Shown: positions 37,299 to 47,418, counted from the stretch's first letter. The stretch: 64,000 nucleotides of DNA from Acidobacteriia bacterium UBA6623 (GCA_002433055.1 DJHJ01000014.1:191414-255413); one strand, 5' to 3'. Translations and numbers: made by a program. The notes: a model not told the origin generated them from the letters alone.

Positions 37299-38927
37299 AT
37301 GGAAACAATAGACCCGTATTCGCGCTCAACCGAAGAAAGTCGAGAGCCACCATCTGGCTTTTTCGCCACCTTGCGCCACCTGGGCCCTGGAATGATTGTC
37401 GTTGGATCGGTGGTTGGGTCGGGCGAATTGATTGTGACGACTAAATTGGGTGCGGTCGCTGGGTTTGTGCTGCTCTGGTTTGTGTTGCTTTCGTGTTTTG
37501 TCAAGGTTGTTATTCAGGCCGAATTGGCTAGATATACCATTGCTAGTGGTGAAACATTCTTACGAGTATTCAACACCTTACCGGGGCCGACGGCTCCACG
37601 GCCAAAATGGCTAACTCTGCCTTGGATGGCCATACTGACAATTGCCTGTGTCGCAGCTATCACAATCTTTGTTCAACTGAGCAAGGAGTTGAGAACTGTC
37701 CCCGTAGCATTGTTTCTGTGTGGCAGTGTTGCTGTTGTTTCACTGGTAGCTGCTTTGGTGCTTGGATCGCGTCAAGACATCATGGAGAACCCCTCACTCG
37801 CAAAGACATCTTTACCACCTATGAACTGGTTTATGTGGCTTTGGTTGGCATCGACACTGCTTGTTTTTGTCAATGCCGGTGCGATTTTAGGTGGAGCAGG
37901 GCAGGTGTTGGAAATGGTGTTCCCAGGTGCGCTTGGTGTGGGAGGGGCGCGTTATTGGTCAATCATTGTTGCAATTCTGTGCGGTGTTCTGTTGCTCGCT
38001 GGTACTTATACTTCTTTGGAAAAACTACTCATCATATTAGTTGCCGTATTCACCCTACTGACTGTAGTTTGCACCGCAATGGTGCAATGGACTGAATTCG
38101 CTGTAGATTGGTCTCAGCTTGCAAGTGGCCTATCTCTGAGTATGCCTGTCGAGATGTCTACAACGCTGGTACTGACAGCACTAGCCATGTATGCGGGGAC
38201 AGGTGTTGCGTTTGGTGAGATGTGGAATTACACGTATTGGTGCCTAGAGAAGGGCTATGCCCGTAATGCTGGTGCTCCGCGACCAGGAGACGCATGGACC
38301 AATCGAGCCAAAGGCTGGATCCGGGTTATGTACACAGATGTTGGTCTCACCATGGTTGTCTACACCACGAGCACTGTCTGTTTTTATCTCCTGGGAGCTG
38401 CGATTCTCTACGTGAACAGACTCAATCCAGATGGACGAGAAACGATAGTAACGCTTAGTTCGATGTATACCGAAAGTTTTGGTGATTGGGCAGCTGCAGT
38501 ATTTCTTTTGGGTGCTTTTATCGTCCTTCTTACAACTGTATTATCTGGAGCAGCTGCAAATAGTCGCCTCTTGGCTGACGCACTAGGTGTTATCGGAATC
38601 ATCGACGAGTCGGACTATTCAGCTCGCTTACGATTTATTCGCCTCTTTGTGATTGTTTCACTAGTGATGTACTCGATTGCATACTGGCTGTTCGAGAATC
38701 CGCCTCAGATGCTACTCATCACTAGTAGTCTAATTGCGGCTCTCATGTACCCCATTCTGGGGCTAGGAACACTATATCTTCGACATCGTAGACTTGACCA
38801 GAGGGTCAAGCCAAGCTCAGTAACGACGGTATGGCTGTGGGTATGCGCTATCGTATTGGCAGTTATTTCACCTGTCGGAATCGTGTTGGCGCTGGCTATT
38901 AATTACGGTTGGGTAAACTTGGGATAA
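37299..38927 (+). CDS. Nramp-fold permease, long form, lacking DPGN metal site
   Basis: 542 aa polytopic protein. The N-terminal LGPGMIVVGSVVGSGELIVTTKLGAVAGF aligns by eye with Nramp TM1 but has no Asp/Asn ligands. Confidence 0.55.
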   Translation: METIDPYSRSTEESREPPSGFFATLRHLGPGMIVVGSVVGSGELIVTTKLGAVAGFVLLWFVLLSCFVKVVIQAELARYTIASGETFLRVFNTLPGPTAPRPKWLTLPWMAILTIACVAAITIFVQLSKELRTVPVALFLCGSVAVVSLVAALVLGSRQDIMENPSLAKTSLPPMNWFMWLWLASTLLVFVNAGAILGGAGQVLEMVFPGALGVGGARYWSIIVAILCGVLLLAGTYTSLEKLLIILVAVFTLLTVVCTAMVQWTEFAVDWSQLASGLSLSMPVEMSTTLVLTALAMYAGTGVAFGEMWNYTYWCLEKGYARNAGAPRPGDAWTNRAKGWIRVMYTDVGLTMVVYTTSTVCFYLLGAAILYVNRLNPDGRETIVTLSSMYTESFGDWAAAVFLLGAFIVLLTTVLSGAAANSRLLADALGVIGIIDESDYSARLRFIRLFVIVSLVMYSIAYWLFENPPQMLLITSSLIAALMYPILGLGTLYLRHRRLDQRVKPSSVTTVWLWVCAIVLAVISPVGIVLALAINYGWVNLG

Positions 38928-38936
38928 CAAACTTGA

Positions 38937-39974
38937 TTACGGTTTGACAGCACTAATTAGTGCCTTGATATAGCCGACGGTCCAGGCTCGTCCTCGGTGA
39001 CACCACTCTGTATCACCGATCATTCGAGGCACGTGGTCAGGTATCAAAAACCCCTGAAACCCCACTTGTTTGAGTGTCCGAATCGTTTCGACTGGGTCAC
39101 AGTTCCCATCACCCAGGTAGCACTCTGTGAAGTCGTCCACAGGACCTTGAACATCACGGAAGTGAACATAGAAAATCTTATTGCGTTCACCGAAATGGCG
39201 AATGGCGTCTGTAACACCATTGCCGCCTTTCATTTCGGACCAGCAACCATGGCAAAAATCCAAGCCATGCATCGGGCTATTAAATGTTTCCATCGCACGG
39301 CTGAAGTTGTCGAAATTGCGAAATACGCGTCCCACGCCTCCAAGTGAAGCGACAGGGGGGTCATCCGGATGTAGTGCCAGACGTAGGCCTACTTCTTCAC
39401 AAATCGGCAGGATGCGCTCTAGATACCAGCAATAGTTTTCCCAAATCTCTTGTTCCGAATAGTCTCTCCCTATGTCAACACCACCCCACGCACCGAAAAG
39501 ATCTCTACCCTGGCTCGATGAAGTTTCAGTAATCGCACTTGCTGCTAGAGCCGTTTTGTAATGGAATCCTGTCGCTAAAGATCCCCCGCGCACGACTTCG
39601 GCCTGAGATGTTCTCCACACACCGGCAGGCATGAAGGCGTATCCCAGAATGGGGATGCCAGCCCGTGCAATGTTCCGAATTGTATAGATCATGTTGTCGA
39701 GTTGATGTTCCCGACCATCTGCTCCTAGCATAATCTGGTCGTAGAACCTGGTCGGTACATTCTCTATTGCCATTAGCCGGATTTGTGCTTCTTTTGCTTG
39801 GTGAACGAGATTCGCAAGGTCTTCGTATTCCCATTTTTCTTGTCCTGGCAGTATCGGCGTATTCAGTTGAAAGTCATCGCAGCCGCACTGTTTGATGAAT
39901 TTCAGTCGTGCGGTCGTCATTTTCTGAAACTGTCCTAAGGCGACGCGCATAGGGAGGGTGTCAATATTGATCAT
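38937..39974 (-). CDS. uxuA: Mannonate dehydratase-like (UxuA family, TIM barrel)
   Basis: Blocks IRNIARAGIPILGYAFMP..VWRT, EIWENYCWYLERILPICEEVGLRLALHPDDPP, YVHFRDV and LIPDHVP follow the UxuA pattern as I recall it. Confidence 0.7.
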   Translation of the reverse strand: MINIDTLPMRVALGQFQKMTTARLKFIKQCGCDDFQLNTPILPGQEKWEYEDLANLVHQAKEAQIRLMAIENVPTRFYDQIMLGADGREHQLDNMIYTIRNIARAGIPILGYAFMPAGVWRTSQAEVVRGGSLATGFHYKTALAASAITETSSSQGRDLFGAWGGVDIGRDYSEQEIWENYCWYLERILPICEEVGLRLALHPDDPPVASLGGVGRVFRNFDNFSRAMETFNSPMHGLDFCHGCWSEMKGGNGVTDAIRHFGERNKIFYVHFRDVQGPVDDFTECYLGDGNCDPVETIRTLKQVGFQGFLIPDHVPRMIGDTEWCHRGRAWTVGYIKALISAVKP

Positions 39975-40070
39975 GATGAGTGAAGATTATTATTTGATTC
40001 TAGGCTGTCTGTTTGAGTAATCGACTGGTCTGTCTTGATAGTGGGCGGTGCTTCGAAATATAACCACTAT

Positions 40071-41336
40071 TTACTTATGCAACGGATTCTCGTACCAAAT
40101 TACACCAAGGTTGCTGGCCTCTTCGCAGGTAATTACATCTAGATCACCATCATCGTCGAGATCTACAAGCCTCACGAGATCGAATTTAACGCCTTCAGGT
40201 CCACTGATAGCGTGATGCGTCCAATCACCCGTCGTAGGTGTTTTGTCATAGGACATCCACATCACTCCAGCCCTAGGCCCATGTGCATTTTCACAAGAAA
40301 AGACAATGTCCGGTTTGCCATCGAGGTTGATGTCTCCGACTTCTACACTTTTACCCGTGCCAGTCATAGGGGGAAGTTTGATTTCATGAGTTTCCCATTT
40401 TGGAGGTGACCACCTTGTGCGTCGAAAATATCGGATAGGGCCCTCACGGACGGCCACCAGAAGGTCATCGAACCAATCACGATCTAGATCCGCGATGGTC
40501 AGAAACATGGCTTCATAATTGCCTATCGAGCCGATGCGGTGTTCGTTCCAAAAGGTTTTCCCGTTGTTGATGGACCGTTCTAACCACAAACAACCCCTTT
40601 TCGGCCCATGACGATCACTTGCAACAATGTCGAGGTCGCCGTCACCATCCATGTCATAACTCTTGAGTGACATGATCCAACCGGCTTTGTACAACTGATA
40701 CCTCTCCCATGTAGTGAGATTACGAGGATCCTGTGGCGTTTCAAACCAACTAATTTGACCACTTTCATTCTTGGAACCTGCCACCAAGTCGGGTCCATTT
40801 TGGCCATCGATCTGAAGTGGTAAAGTGAACATCCACTGCGTCAGAGATTTCGATGTTGCGATTGCGGCAGTTGTCCAAGCTGTTGAATCAAAGTAGTGTT
40901 CTCTTGATCGTGGCGCCCAGTGCACAAAAATCGTTTTTGTCTCACCTTCGGTTGCACTCACTACATCGAAAATACCGTCACCGTCTAGATCAACGAAGGT
41001 GGCATCTTCTGGTTTCTGTACTTTCCCTACGGTTACGGCCGGCCATTTTTGTTTCACCTTTTCTTTTCCTGGGTGAAGATAGACGCGAATCCGACCTCCT
41101 TCTTCCCAGCCTGTCACAATGTCGAGAAGTCCATCGCCATTGACGTCGCCCAAATCTACCCCGTCTGCACCCTGCGAGGAATTGTCGATTGTATGCCGAT
41201 CCCATGGTCGCCCCAGTTCGTTGTCATTACCTGTCACGACGGTTTTTGGTAACAGGCTCAGTAGAACGATGACCATTAAGTTCAATCTAAGATTGATATT
41301 TTTGTGCTGGCGGCCACTATTGTTTCTGTTAACCAT
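40071..41336 (-). CDS. FG-GAP/VCBS repeat (integrin-alpha-like beta-propeller) secreted protein
   Basis: Signal peptide plus repeated Ca-binding-like loops: DVNGDGLLDIV, DLDGDGIFDVV, DMDGDGDLDIV, DINLDGKPDIV and DLDDDGDLDVI. Confidence 0.8.
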   Translation of the reverse strand: MVNRNNSGRQHKNINLRLNLMVIVLLSLLPKTVVTGNDNELGRPWDRHTIDNSSQGADGVDLGDVNGDGLLDIVTGWEEGGRIRVYLHPGKEKVKQKWPAVTVGKVQKPEDATFVDLDGDGIFDVVSATEGETKTIFVHWAPRSREHYFDSTAWTTAAIATSKSLTQWMFTLPLQIDGQNGPDLVAGSKNESGQISWFETPQDPRNLTTWERYQLYKAGWIMSLKSYDMDGDGDLDIVASDRHGPKRGCLWLERSINNGKTFWNEHRIGSIGNYEAMFLTIADLDRDWFDDLLVAVREGPIRYFRRTRWSPPKWETHEIKLPPMTGTGKSVEVGDINLDGKPDIVFSCENAHGPRAGVMWMSYDKTPTTGDWTHHAISGPEGVKFDLVRLVDLDDDGDLDVITCEEASNLGVIWYENPLHK

Positions 41337-41566
41337 GCTAGTTCGAAGTCAGAAGGTCAGTCGTTTAGTGTACAAAGGAAATAGCTTTTGAGTTTAAATT
41401 TTAATTTGACACTCATCTTCTTTAATACAACTTTTTGCGTGACTCACAGCTAGCGATGTCAAGCGTAACAATTACCAACAGGTTTTGCGGCCATTGGTAG
41501 TTTTGCAGGGTGTTTGACAAGATAGAACCAACTCATCAGAACATAGATCTAAGCTTTGATGAGGTT

Positions 41567-41597
41567 CGTTACAATGTGATCGTGGCGTTACATTGTG
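41567..41597 (+). promoter_or_regulatory. Candidate operator: two 12-nt repeats CGTTACAWTGTG upstream of bfr
   Basis: CGTTACAATGTG at 41567-41578 and CGTTACATTGTG at 41586-41597, 19 nt start to start. Each contains the palindromic core ACAWTGT. They lie 32-62 nt upstream of the bfr ATG. Confidence 0.3.
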
Positions 41598-41628
41598 CAT
41601 ACAATAAGACTCTAGGGGGGATAGAAGA

Positions 41629-42111
41629 ATGCAAGGTGATGTGAAGGTAATCGAAGATCTTAATGAGGTGCTCAAGGCAGAATTGACTGCGATCAATCAA
41701 TATTTCTGTCACGCGGAGATGTGCGAAAACTGGGGCTACGGGAAATTAGCTACTTACGTCAGAAAGGAAGCCATCGATGAGATGCGGCATGCAGAGGCTC
41801 TGATCGAACGAATCTTATTTCTCGAAGGTATCCCGAATATGTCCGATATGTTCCCGATTAAAATTGGTAAAGATGTCAAGGTACAGCTTGAAAACGATAT
41901 GGCGTTGGAATTGCAGGCAATCCCACGGCTTAACACAGCGATCAATCACGCTGTAGCTGCTAATGACAATGCTTCACGAGAACTTTTTGAAAAAATTCTC
42001 GTGGATGAGGAGCAACACGTCGATTGGTTAGAAGCTCAACTTGGAATGATAGAGGAGATGGGTATTGGTGTTTACTTATCGCAGCAAATTCATGAAGACG
42101 CCCAGGCGTAA
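41629..42111 (+). CDS. bfr: Bacterioferritin
   Basis: MQGDVKVIEDLNEVLKAELTAINQYF...DEMRHAE (heme Met ligand context)...EEQHVDWLEAQL ferroxidase ligands. 160 aa. Confidence 0.93.
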   Translation: MQGDVKVIEDLNEVLKAELTAINQYFCHAEMCENWGYGKLATYVRKEAIDEMRHAEALIERILFLEGIPNMSDMFPIKIGKDVKVQLENDMALELQAIPRLNTAINHAVAANDNASRELFEKILVDEEQHVDWLEAQLGMIEEMGIGVYLSQQIHEDAQA

Positions 42112-42161
42112 AAATCTACCTTGAGGTGTCAATTGTCAAGACAAACCTTGAAGTTCTTGGA

Positions 42162-44114
42162 TTATGCTAGGTAGGTGTAGTCGGCTAGGACTTGGGTGAA
42201 TGTGTCCAGCATTGCACGCTCATCGTTTTCTGATATCACCCCACGAGCCTTTCTGAGTGAAAGCTCCTTAGCTATCACTTTTTGCAAGTGTTCTGTGTCA
42301 TAGTCGCTGCATTCGAGGACTTTACGGACTGAATCTCCGTATGCGATCTCCTCTGTCACAGCCTCGCCATTCGCGTCGACTGTAACAGAAGCTTCAGTGA
42401 CGACCCCAAAAAGATTGTGAAGGTCTCCTAGGGTTTCTTGGTAGGCTCCTATTAGTAAAAACCCCAGATAGTAAGGCTCATTTTCTCGTACGTCATGAAG
42501 CTCGAGAGACTCCTTGGTGTGGCGTATATCAACAAACCTATCAACAACACCATCGGAATCACAGGTAATATCGCATAGTATTCCACGCTCAGTTGGTATT
42601 TCGTCGAGTCGATGAATAGGCAGAACAGGAAACAGTTGATTGAAAGCCCAAGAGTCAGGTAATGATTGGAATGTAGAGAAATTACAAACATACTTGGAGG
42701 AAAGTAGCCGATCGAGCTCCTCGAATTCTTCGGAGCGCTGATCCATTTCTCGCGAAAGACAAGCTGCTCGTCGGCAGATATTCCAAAACAACCATTCACC
42801 CTGTGCTTTATCTTCGAGGCCGAGATAGCCAAGTTCGAAGAGTGAATCGAGATCTTTGCGCTGCTGTATCGCATCGTGATAATACTCATGTAAGTTTTCA
42901 ATGTTGATGTCACGCGCTAGGTCAATTAGTTCGAGTACGGGTTCTGCTTTGGGCTTGGCTGTGTTCTCAATTTGAAGGTCTTCTGATCCGGGCGTTATGA
43001 TTTTCCTGACTTCTGTGACTAGCAATGAGTGGTGAGCCACCATTGCACGGCCACTTTCCGTGACGATAATGGGTGCAATAACGTCTTCGTTTGCACATAC
43101 CTCGCTGATGGTGTAAACGACATCGTTAGCAAACTCTTGCAACGAATAGTTAGTAGAAAACTCTGATGCCGTCCTGCTACCGTCGTAATCCACACCGAGA
43201 CCTCCACCAACGTTAAGATATTCGATTGTGCAACCCATCTTCTGTACTTTCGCATATACGCGAGCTGCCTCTTTGAATGCCTGTTTAGCCTTTTGAATGT
43301 CTGTTATCTGTGAACCGATATGAAAATGCAGCATCTTCAGTGTGTGTGTTTGGCCACGCTGTTTAAGTACACGTAGTGTATTGACCAACTCTGGAGTACT
43401 CATGCCAAATTTGGCGAACTCACCACCCGATTCTTTCCATTTACCACTACCCCGCGAAGAAAGTCTCACTCGGATTCCAAGGTGAGGAGTGACATCGAGT
43501 GCGGCTCCAACTCTAAGAGCAGTGAAGATATCTTCCGTCTCTTCAACAACGATAATTGCCTTTTTCCCAACTTTTTCCGAAAGCACTGCTGCTCGAAAGA
43601 AGAGATCGTCTTTGTAGCCATTGCAAACTATTAGAGCGTTCTGGTCGAGTGGCATGGCGAGAGCCGCTGCTAGTTCGGCCTTGCTGCCAACTTCGAGGCC
43701 GTAGTGATGGGGGCCTCCGCTGCTAACTAAGCGTTTCACAATGCCAGCCTTTTGATTGACCTTCGATGGATAAACCGCTATGTGGTGACTCTCATAATTA
43801 AACTTTCTGATGGCAAGGTTGAATGCTTTGTGTAACGCTGACATGCGATCGTCGAGGATTTGTGGAAAACGTAGCAGGGTTGGAATTGATTGTTTAGTGC
43901 CAGAAAATTTTTGAACGACCCGATAGAGATCAATTGAGCGCGAGGGATCCTTGTCAGGAGCCACAGCTAAGTTGCCATCATCATTGATAAAAAAATACCC
44001 GAGACCCCAGTTCTCGATTCCATACAGCTTGGCCGATGATTCACGAAGGTTTTTTGTCGCGTCATTGGGAGACCAGTTTGAGGGTTGTGAAGGTTCTAAT
44101 TCGGGTGTTTTCAT
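42162..44114 (-). CDS. speA: Biosynthetic arginine decarboxylase
   Basis: 650 aa with an N-terminal YGIENWG..YF block, a PLP-fold type III region (YPSKVN, HFHIGSQ) and GGGLGVDYDG. Confidence 0.93.
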   Translation of the reverse strand: MKTPELEPSQPSNWSPNDATKNLRESSAKLYGIENWGLGYFFINDDGNLAVAPDKDPSRSIDLYRVVQKFSGTKQSIPTLLRFPQILDDRMSALHKAFNLAIRKFNYESHHIAVYPSKVNQKAGIVKRLVSSGGPHHYGLEVGSKAELAAALAMPLDQNALIVCNGYKDDLFFRAAVLSEKVGKKAIIVVEETEDIFTALRVGAALDVTPHLGIRVRLSSRGSGKWKESGGEFAKFGMSTPELVNTLRVLKQRGQTHTLKMLHFHIGSQITDIQKAKQAFKEAARVYAKVQKMGCTIEYLNVGGGLGVDYDGSRTASEFSTNYSLQEFANDVVYTISEVCANEDVIAPIIVTESGRAMVAHHSLLVTEVRKIITPGSEDLQIENTAKPKAEPVLELIDLARDINIENLHEYYHDAIQQRKDLDSLFELGYLGLEDKAQGEWLFWNICRRAACLSREMDQRSEEFEELDRLLSSKYVCNFSTFQSLPDSWAFNQLFPVLPIHRLDEIPTERGILCDITCDSDGVVDRFVDIRHTKESLELHDVRENEPYYLGFLLIGAYQETLGDLHNLFGVVTEASVTVDANGEAVTEEIAYGDSVRKVLECSDYDTEHLQKVIAKELSLRKARGVISENDERAMLDTFTQVLADYTYLA

Positions 44115-44316
44115 CTTGGTTCTGACAACAGGAGGCGTAATGACTTAAAGTAGTCTTCGGCAACCACCTGAGAGCATAGTTCATCATAATTGAGTCATGG
44201 GCCTTCGGGTTCTAATCAGCGTGGTAAACATTTGCTGTGAAGTAATCTAAACTCTGCGAGGACAGATGGCCACTTGAAAGTTGTGTATCCTGCTTAGAAG
44301 ATTGGGGAACATTGTT

Positions 44317-45057
44317 ATGAACGACATGCCTGTTGCAATTGTTACTGGTGCTGGCCGAGGTATTGGCCGGGGTATTGCCAAAGACTTGGCCCAAACTCAC
44401 AAGGTAATCGCAACCTACCTTAGTCGTGAGGATACCGCTCGGTCTCTCCAACGAGAGTCTGGTGCAGAAATTATCCGAGTTGACATGGCCTCGGTCGATG
44501 ATCGCCAGGCTCTTCTCAAATTTTGCCGTGAGAAGTTCGGACGGCTTGACCTCCTTGTCAATAATGCTGGGATGGCACCGCGGCAAAGGGTGGATATACT
44601 CGAGGCTAGTGAAGAGAGCTACGAAGAGGTTTTGGCAGCGAACCTGAAGGGACCGTATTTTTTGACACAGGCTGTGGCGCGCTGGATGATTGAGCAAGGA
44701 GCGGGCCGAATCGTCTTTATTGGATCTATGTCGGCTTACACCTCTTCACCTAGTCGGGGTGAATACTGCATTTCGAAGGCTGGGCTTGCTATGGCGACGA
44801 CCCTCTTTGCACATAGGCTGGCAGCTGACGGTATTACGGTATTTGAAGTGCGTCCAGGCATTATTCACACAGACCTCATTTCTCCAGTGAAGGCAAAGTA
44901 CGACAAACTGATTGCCGAAGGTATGCTCCCTCAACCACGTATGGGAGAGGTGGAAGATGTGGCTAAGGCTGTGCGTGCCATAGCTGATGGGATGCTAGAT
45001 TATTCTACGGGACAAGTCATAGACGTGGATGGAGGATTCCGTATACATACGCTGTGA
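44317..45057 (+). CDS. Short-chain dehydrogenase/reductase (3-oxoacyl-ACP reductase-like)
   Basis: TGAGRGIGRGIA, NNAG, YCISKAG and a GQVIDVDGGF tail. The start is taken at ATG 44317. Confidence 0.8.
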   Translation: MNDMPVAIVTGAGRGIGRGIAKDLAQTHKVIATYLSREDTARSLQRESGAEIIRVDMASVDDRQALLKFCREKFGRLDLLVNNAGMAPRQRVDILEASEESYEEVLAANLKGPYFLTQAVARWMIEQGAGRIVFIGSMSAYTSSPSRGEYCISKAGLAMATTLFAHRLAADGITVFEVRPGIIHTDLISPVKAKYDKLIAEGMLPQPRMGEVEDVAKAVRAIADGMLDYSTGQVIDVDGGFRIHTL

Positions 45058-45121
45058 CCGCCCAATACAATCTTGCGTCTAGCCTCCTTTATAGTTTGCG
45101 GAAGCCGCGTTTCGGATCGAT

Positions 45122-45796
45122 CTACTCCGGATCATCTTTCAGAAACCCATAGACCAGTGCAGCTAGGATGCCGCCGAGTGGGCATGCCACCAAATAAATC
45201 CACAGACTTGACATTGCCGTTGGGGCATTTCCAAAGAGTGCTGGCCCCAATGAGCGTGCGGGGTTCAGTGATGCTCCGGTAAGTGGTCCTCCCATTAGAA
45301 TGCAAAATACGAGTGTTAGTCCGATAGCGATGGGGGCTAAATTGCCTGCTTTGCCACTGACGGCAGTATTGTAAATTACATTTACCAGAAAAAATGTTAA
45401 CAACAATTCGAGAACGAAAGTTTGTGTTGTATTGACTCCTTCTGCAGGAACAGTAGCACCCAATGAGCCTGCTTTTTCACCCAAAACAAAGGCTAATGCA
45501 CCGGCGCCTGCAACACCTCCGGCCAGCTGGGCTATTATGTACCCCACGGCAGTGCCGAGGTCGATCTGACGGCCTGCTAGCAGACCTATTGTCACTGCAG
45601 GGTTGATATGAGTTCCTGAGATGTGACCGTAGGCATAGGCAAACCCTAGTACTACAAATCCGTGTGCCAGTGCCGTAGCGACCAGGCTTCCACTGATGGC
45701 ACCTGCTCCAGCTCCTATGAAGATCAAGGCAAAGGTTCCGATAAATTCTGTGGTCAACGCTTTCGAGTTCATGTTTCCCTCTCTTATTTCGGCCAC
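45122..45796 (-). CDS. aqpZ: Aquaporin / MIP-family channel
   Basis: Two NPA boxes (SGTHINPAVT and GASLNPARS) and six TM segments. 224 aa. Confidence 0.9.
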   Translation of the reverse strand: MAEIREGNMNSKALTTEFIGTFALIFIGAGAGAISGSLVATALAHGFVVLGFAYAYGHISGTHINPAVTIGLLAGRQIDLGTAVGYIIAQLAGGVAGAGALAFVLGEKAGSLGATVPAEGVNTTQTFVLELLLTFFLVNVIYNTAVSGKAGNLAPIAIGLTLVFCILMGGPLTGASLNPARSLGPALFGNAPTAMSSLWIYLVACPLGGILAALVYGFLKDDPE

Positions 45797-46156
45797 TGTC
45801 TCTCTCTAGTATCGGTTTGGATCGACAGCACTACAGGGTCTTTTTGCAGTCAACCCGGATTGATCGAACGACCGGCCGGTAGAAGCAAGACGATAACATT
45901 CGAGGAGAGTGATTTCAACCTTTATGGGTCAAGTTTTGTGGTCTGGTGTAAATGTTGGAGTCGGTGTGACCGAATAGGACATGGTTTGATGTTGTCTACT
46001 GATGTCTCGACAGAAAACGTGAACCCACTGGAATCAACCGTGCGTACTAATTGATCTGCACTCCAAGCGATCCATTGTGGCTTGATAGGAACCACTGAGA
46101 GTAACGTAGGCTTTTGCTGATCCCGTATCATATACTGAACATCTGAAAGGAACAAC

Positions 46157-46723
46157 ATGATTCTTGACCGCACGAAACCAAGGAAGATAGTCGTTCTAAT
46201 GTTTGCAGCGGCTACTTTTTTGATGCAACACATTGGATCTTTAGCAAAGGCGGAAAGCGCTGGTGGCCTACGTTGGGCTTCTCCTTCGGAGTGGACCCAT
46301 CGCGGTTCCACGCGTATGCGCGTGGCCACGTACATAATTCCGTCGATAGCTGGTGATTCAGAGGATGGTGAATGTGTGGTCTATTTTTTTGGACCTGGAC
46401 AAGGTGGCAGTGTGCCAGCAAACCTGCGCCGGTGGCTTGGTCAATTCCGCACTCCCGATGGGGGTCCAGTTGACCAATTGGCTAGAACCGACAAATTAAG
46501 GGTCGGAGAAATAGAGGTCACACGACTTGAGGTAAATGGCACCTATCTTTTCAAGCCAACACCTTTTGCCCCTAAAGCTGTACCAAAGCCGGGTTACCGC
46601 ATGTTTGCTGCGATTGCACAGGGTCCCGTGGGTCCTGTATTCTTCAAACTGACCGCACCAGATAAGACAGCAAGAAGTGCCAAAGACGCTTTTGAATCGA
46701 TGCTCCAGTCACTGACTAGGTAG
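46157..46723 (+). CDS. Hypothetical secreted protein (188 aa)
   Basis: Signal peptide MILDRTKPRKIVVLMFAAATFLMQHIGSLAKAES and a reasonable RBS context. No motif recognised. Confidence 0.45.
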   Translation: MILDRTKPRKIVVLMFAAATFLMQHIGSLAKAESAGGLRWASPSEWTHRGSTRMRVATYIIPSIAGDSEDGECVVYFFGPGQGGSVPANLRRWLGQFRTPDGGPVDQLARTDKLRVGEIEVTRLEVNGTYLFKPTPFAPKAVPKPGYRMFAAIAQGPVGPVFFKLTAPDKTARSAKDAFESMLQSLTR

Positions 46724-46775
46724 ACGCTTGTGTGCCGATCAAGAACACACCTGGTGACTGCCCCGTTTGGCTTTG

Positions 46776-47366
46776 CTATTCCTGGGTGAAGTTGACCTCG
46801 GGCGGTGCTTGACGTGCTTCTTCGCTCGTCTGAAAGTAAGCATCTTCACGCTCGAAGCCACTTAGCGATGCAACTATGCTGTTTGGGAACAACTGAATGT
46901 AGGTATTGTATTGCTGGACCGTTTGGTTGTATTTACGTCTTTCAACTGAGATCCGGTTTTCTGTTCCCGCGAGCTCATCTTGAAGTCGCAGAAAATTTTG
47001 ACTAGATCGCAAGTCAGGATAACGTTCCATGACGACTAAGAGTCGAGACAGCGCACCACCCAATTGGCTGTCAGCATTGATACGCTCGGCAGGTGAGCGT
47101 GCGCCAGCCATCGATGCTCGCGCGTTTGCAATATTTGAAAATACTTCTCTCTCCTGTGCTGCAATGCCTTTGACTGTTGAGACTAGGTTTGGAACTAGAT
47201 CGGCGCGGCGTTGAATTACGGTGTCTACCTGTGCCCAGGCACTGGTAATTGCCTCTTTCTGCTGGACCATAGTGTTACGATGCCCGATAAAGATGCCACC
47301 AAAGACTAACCCTGTTAGTATTAGCAGACCTATAAAAATGCCTCCAATGATCAGCGCTTTTTTCAA
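46776..47366 (-). CDS. lemA: LemA family protein
   Basis: N-terminal TM followed by AWAQVDTVIQRRADLVPNLV...MERYPDLRSSQNF..LQDELAGTENRISVERRKYN..V..YN, the LemA pattern. Confidence 0.88.
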   Translation of the reverse strand: MKKALIIGGIFIGLLILTGLVFGGIFIGHRNTMVQQKEAITSAWAQVDTVIQRRADLVPNLVSTVKGIAAQEREVFSNIANARASMAGARSPAERINADSQLGGALSRLLVVMERYPDLRSSQNFLRLQDELAGTENRISVERRKYNQTVQQYNTYIQLFPNSIVASLSGFEREDAYFQTSEEARQAPPEVNFTQE

Positions 47367-47418
47367 GAGTACCTCCAGTTATCTGTGTATGATCACGATA
47401 GTTTCCCACCAAGGGGAA

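Noticed and set aside
37607-38095. 162-aa Cys-rich ORF (many C, CC and CCCC runs) on the plus strand.
   Set aside because: It lies entirely inside the Nramp-fold permease gene in a shifted frame. The Cys richness is a by-product of hydrophobic-codon composition, and the permease frame is continuous and clearly coding.
44212-44697. 161-aa minus-strand ORF opposite the SDR gene.
   Set aside because: It is antisense to a gene with unmistakable SDR motifs, and its sequence has no recognisable features.
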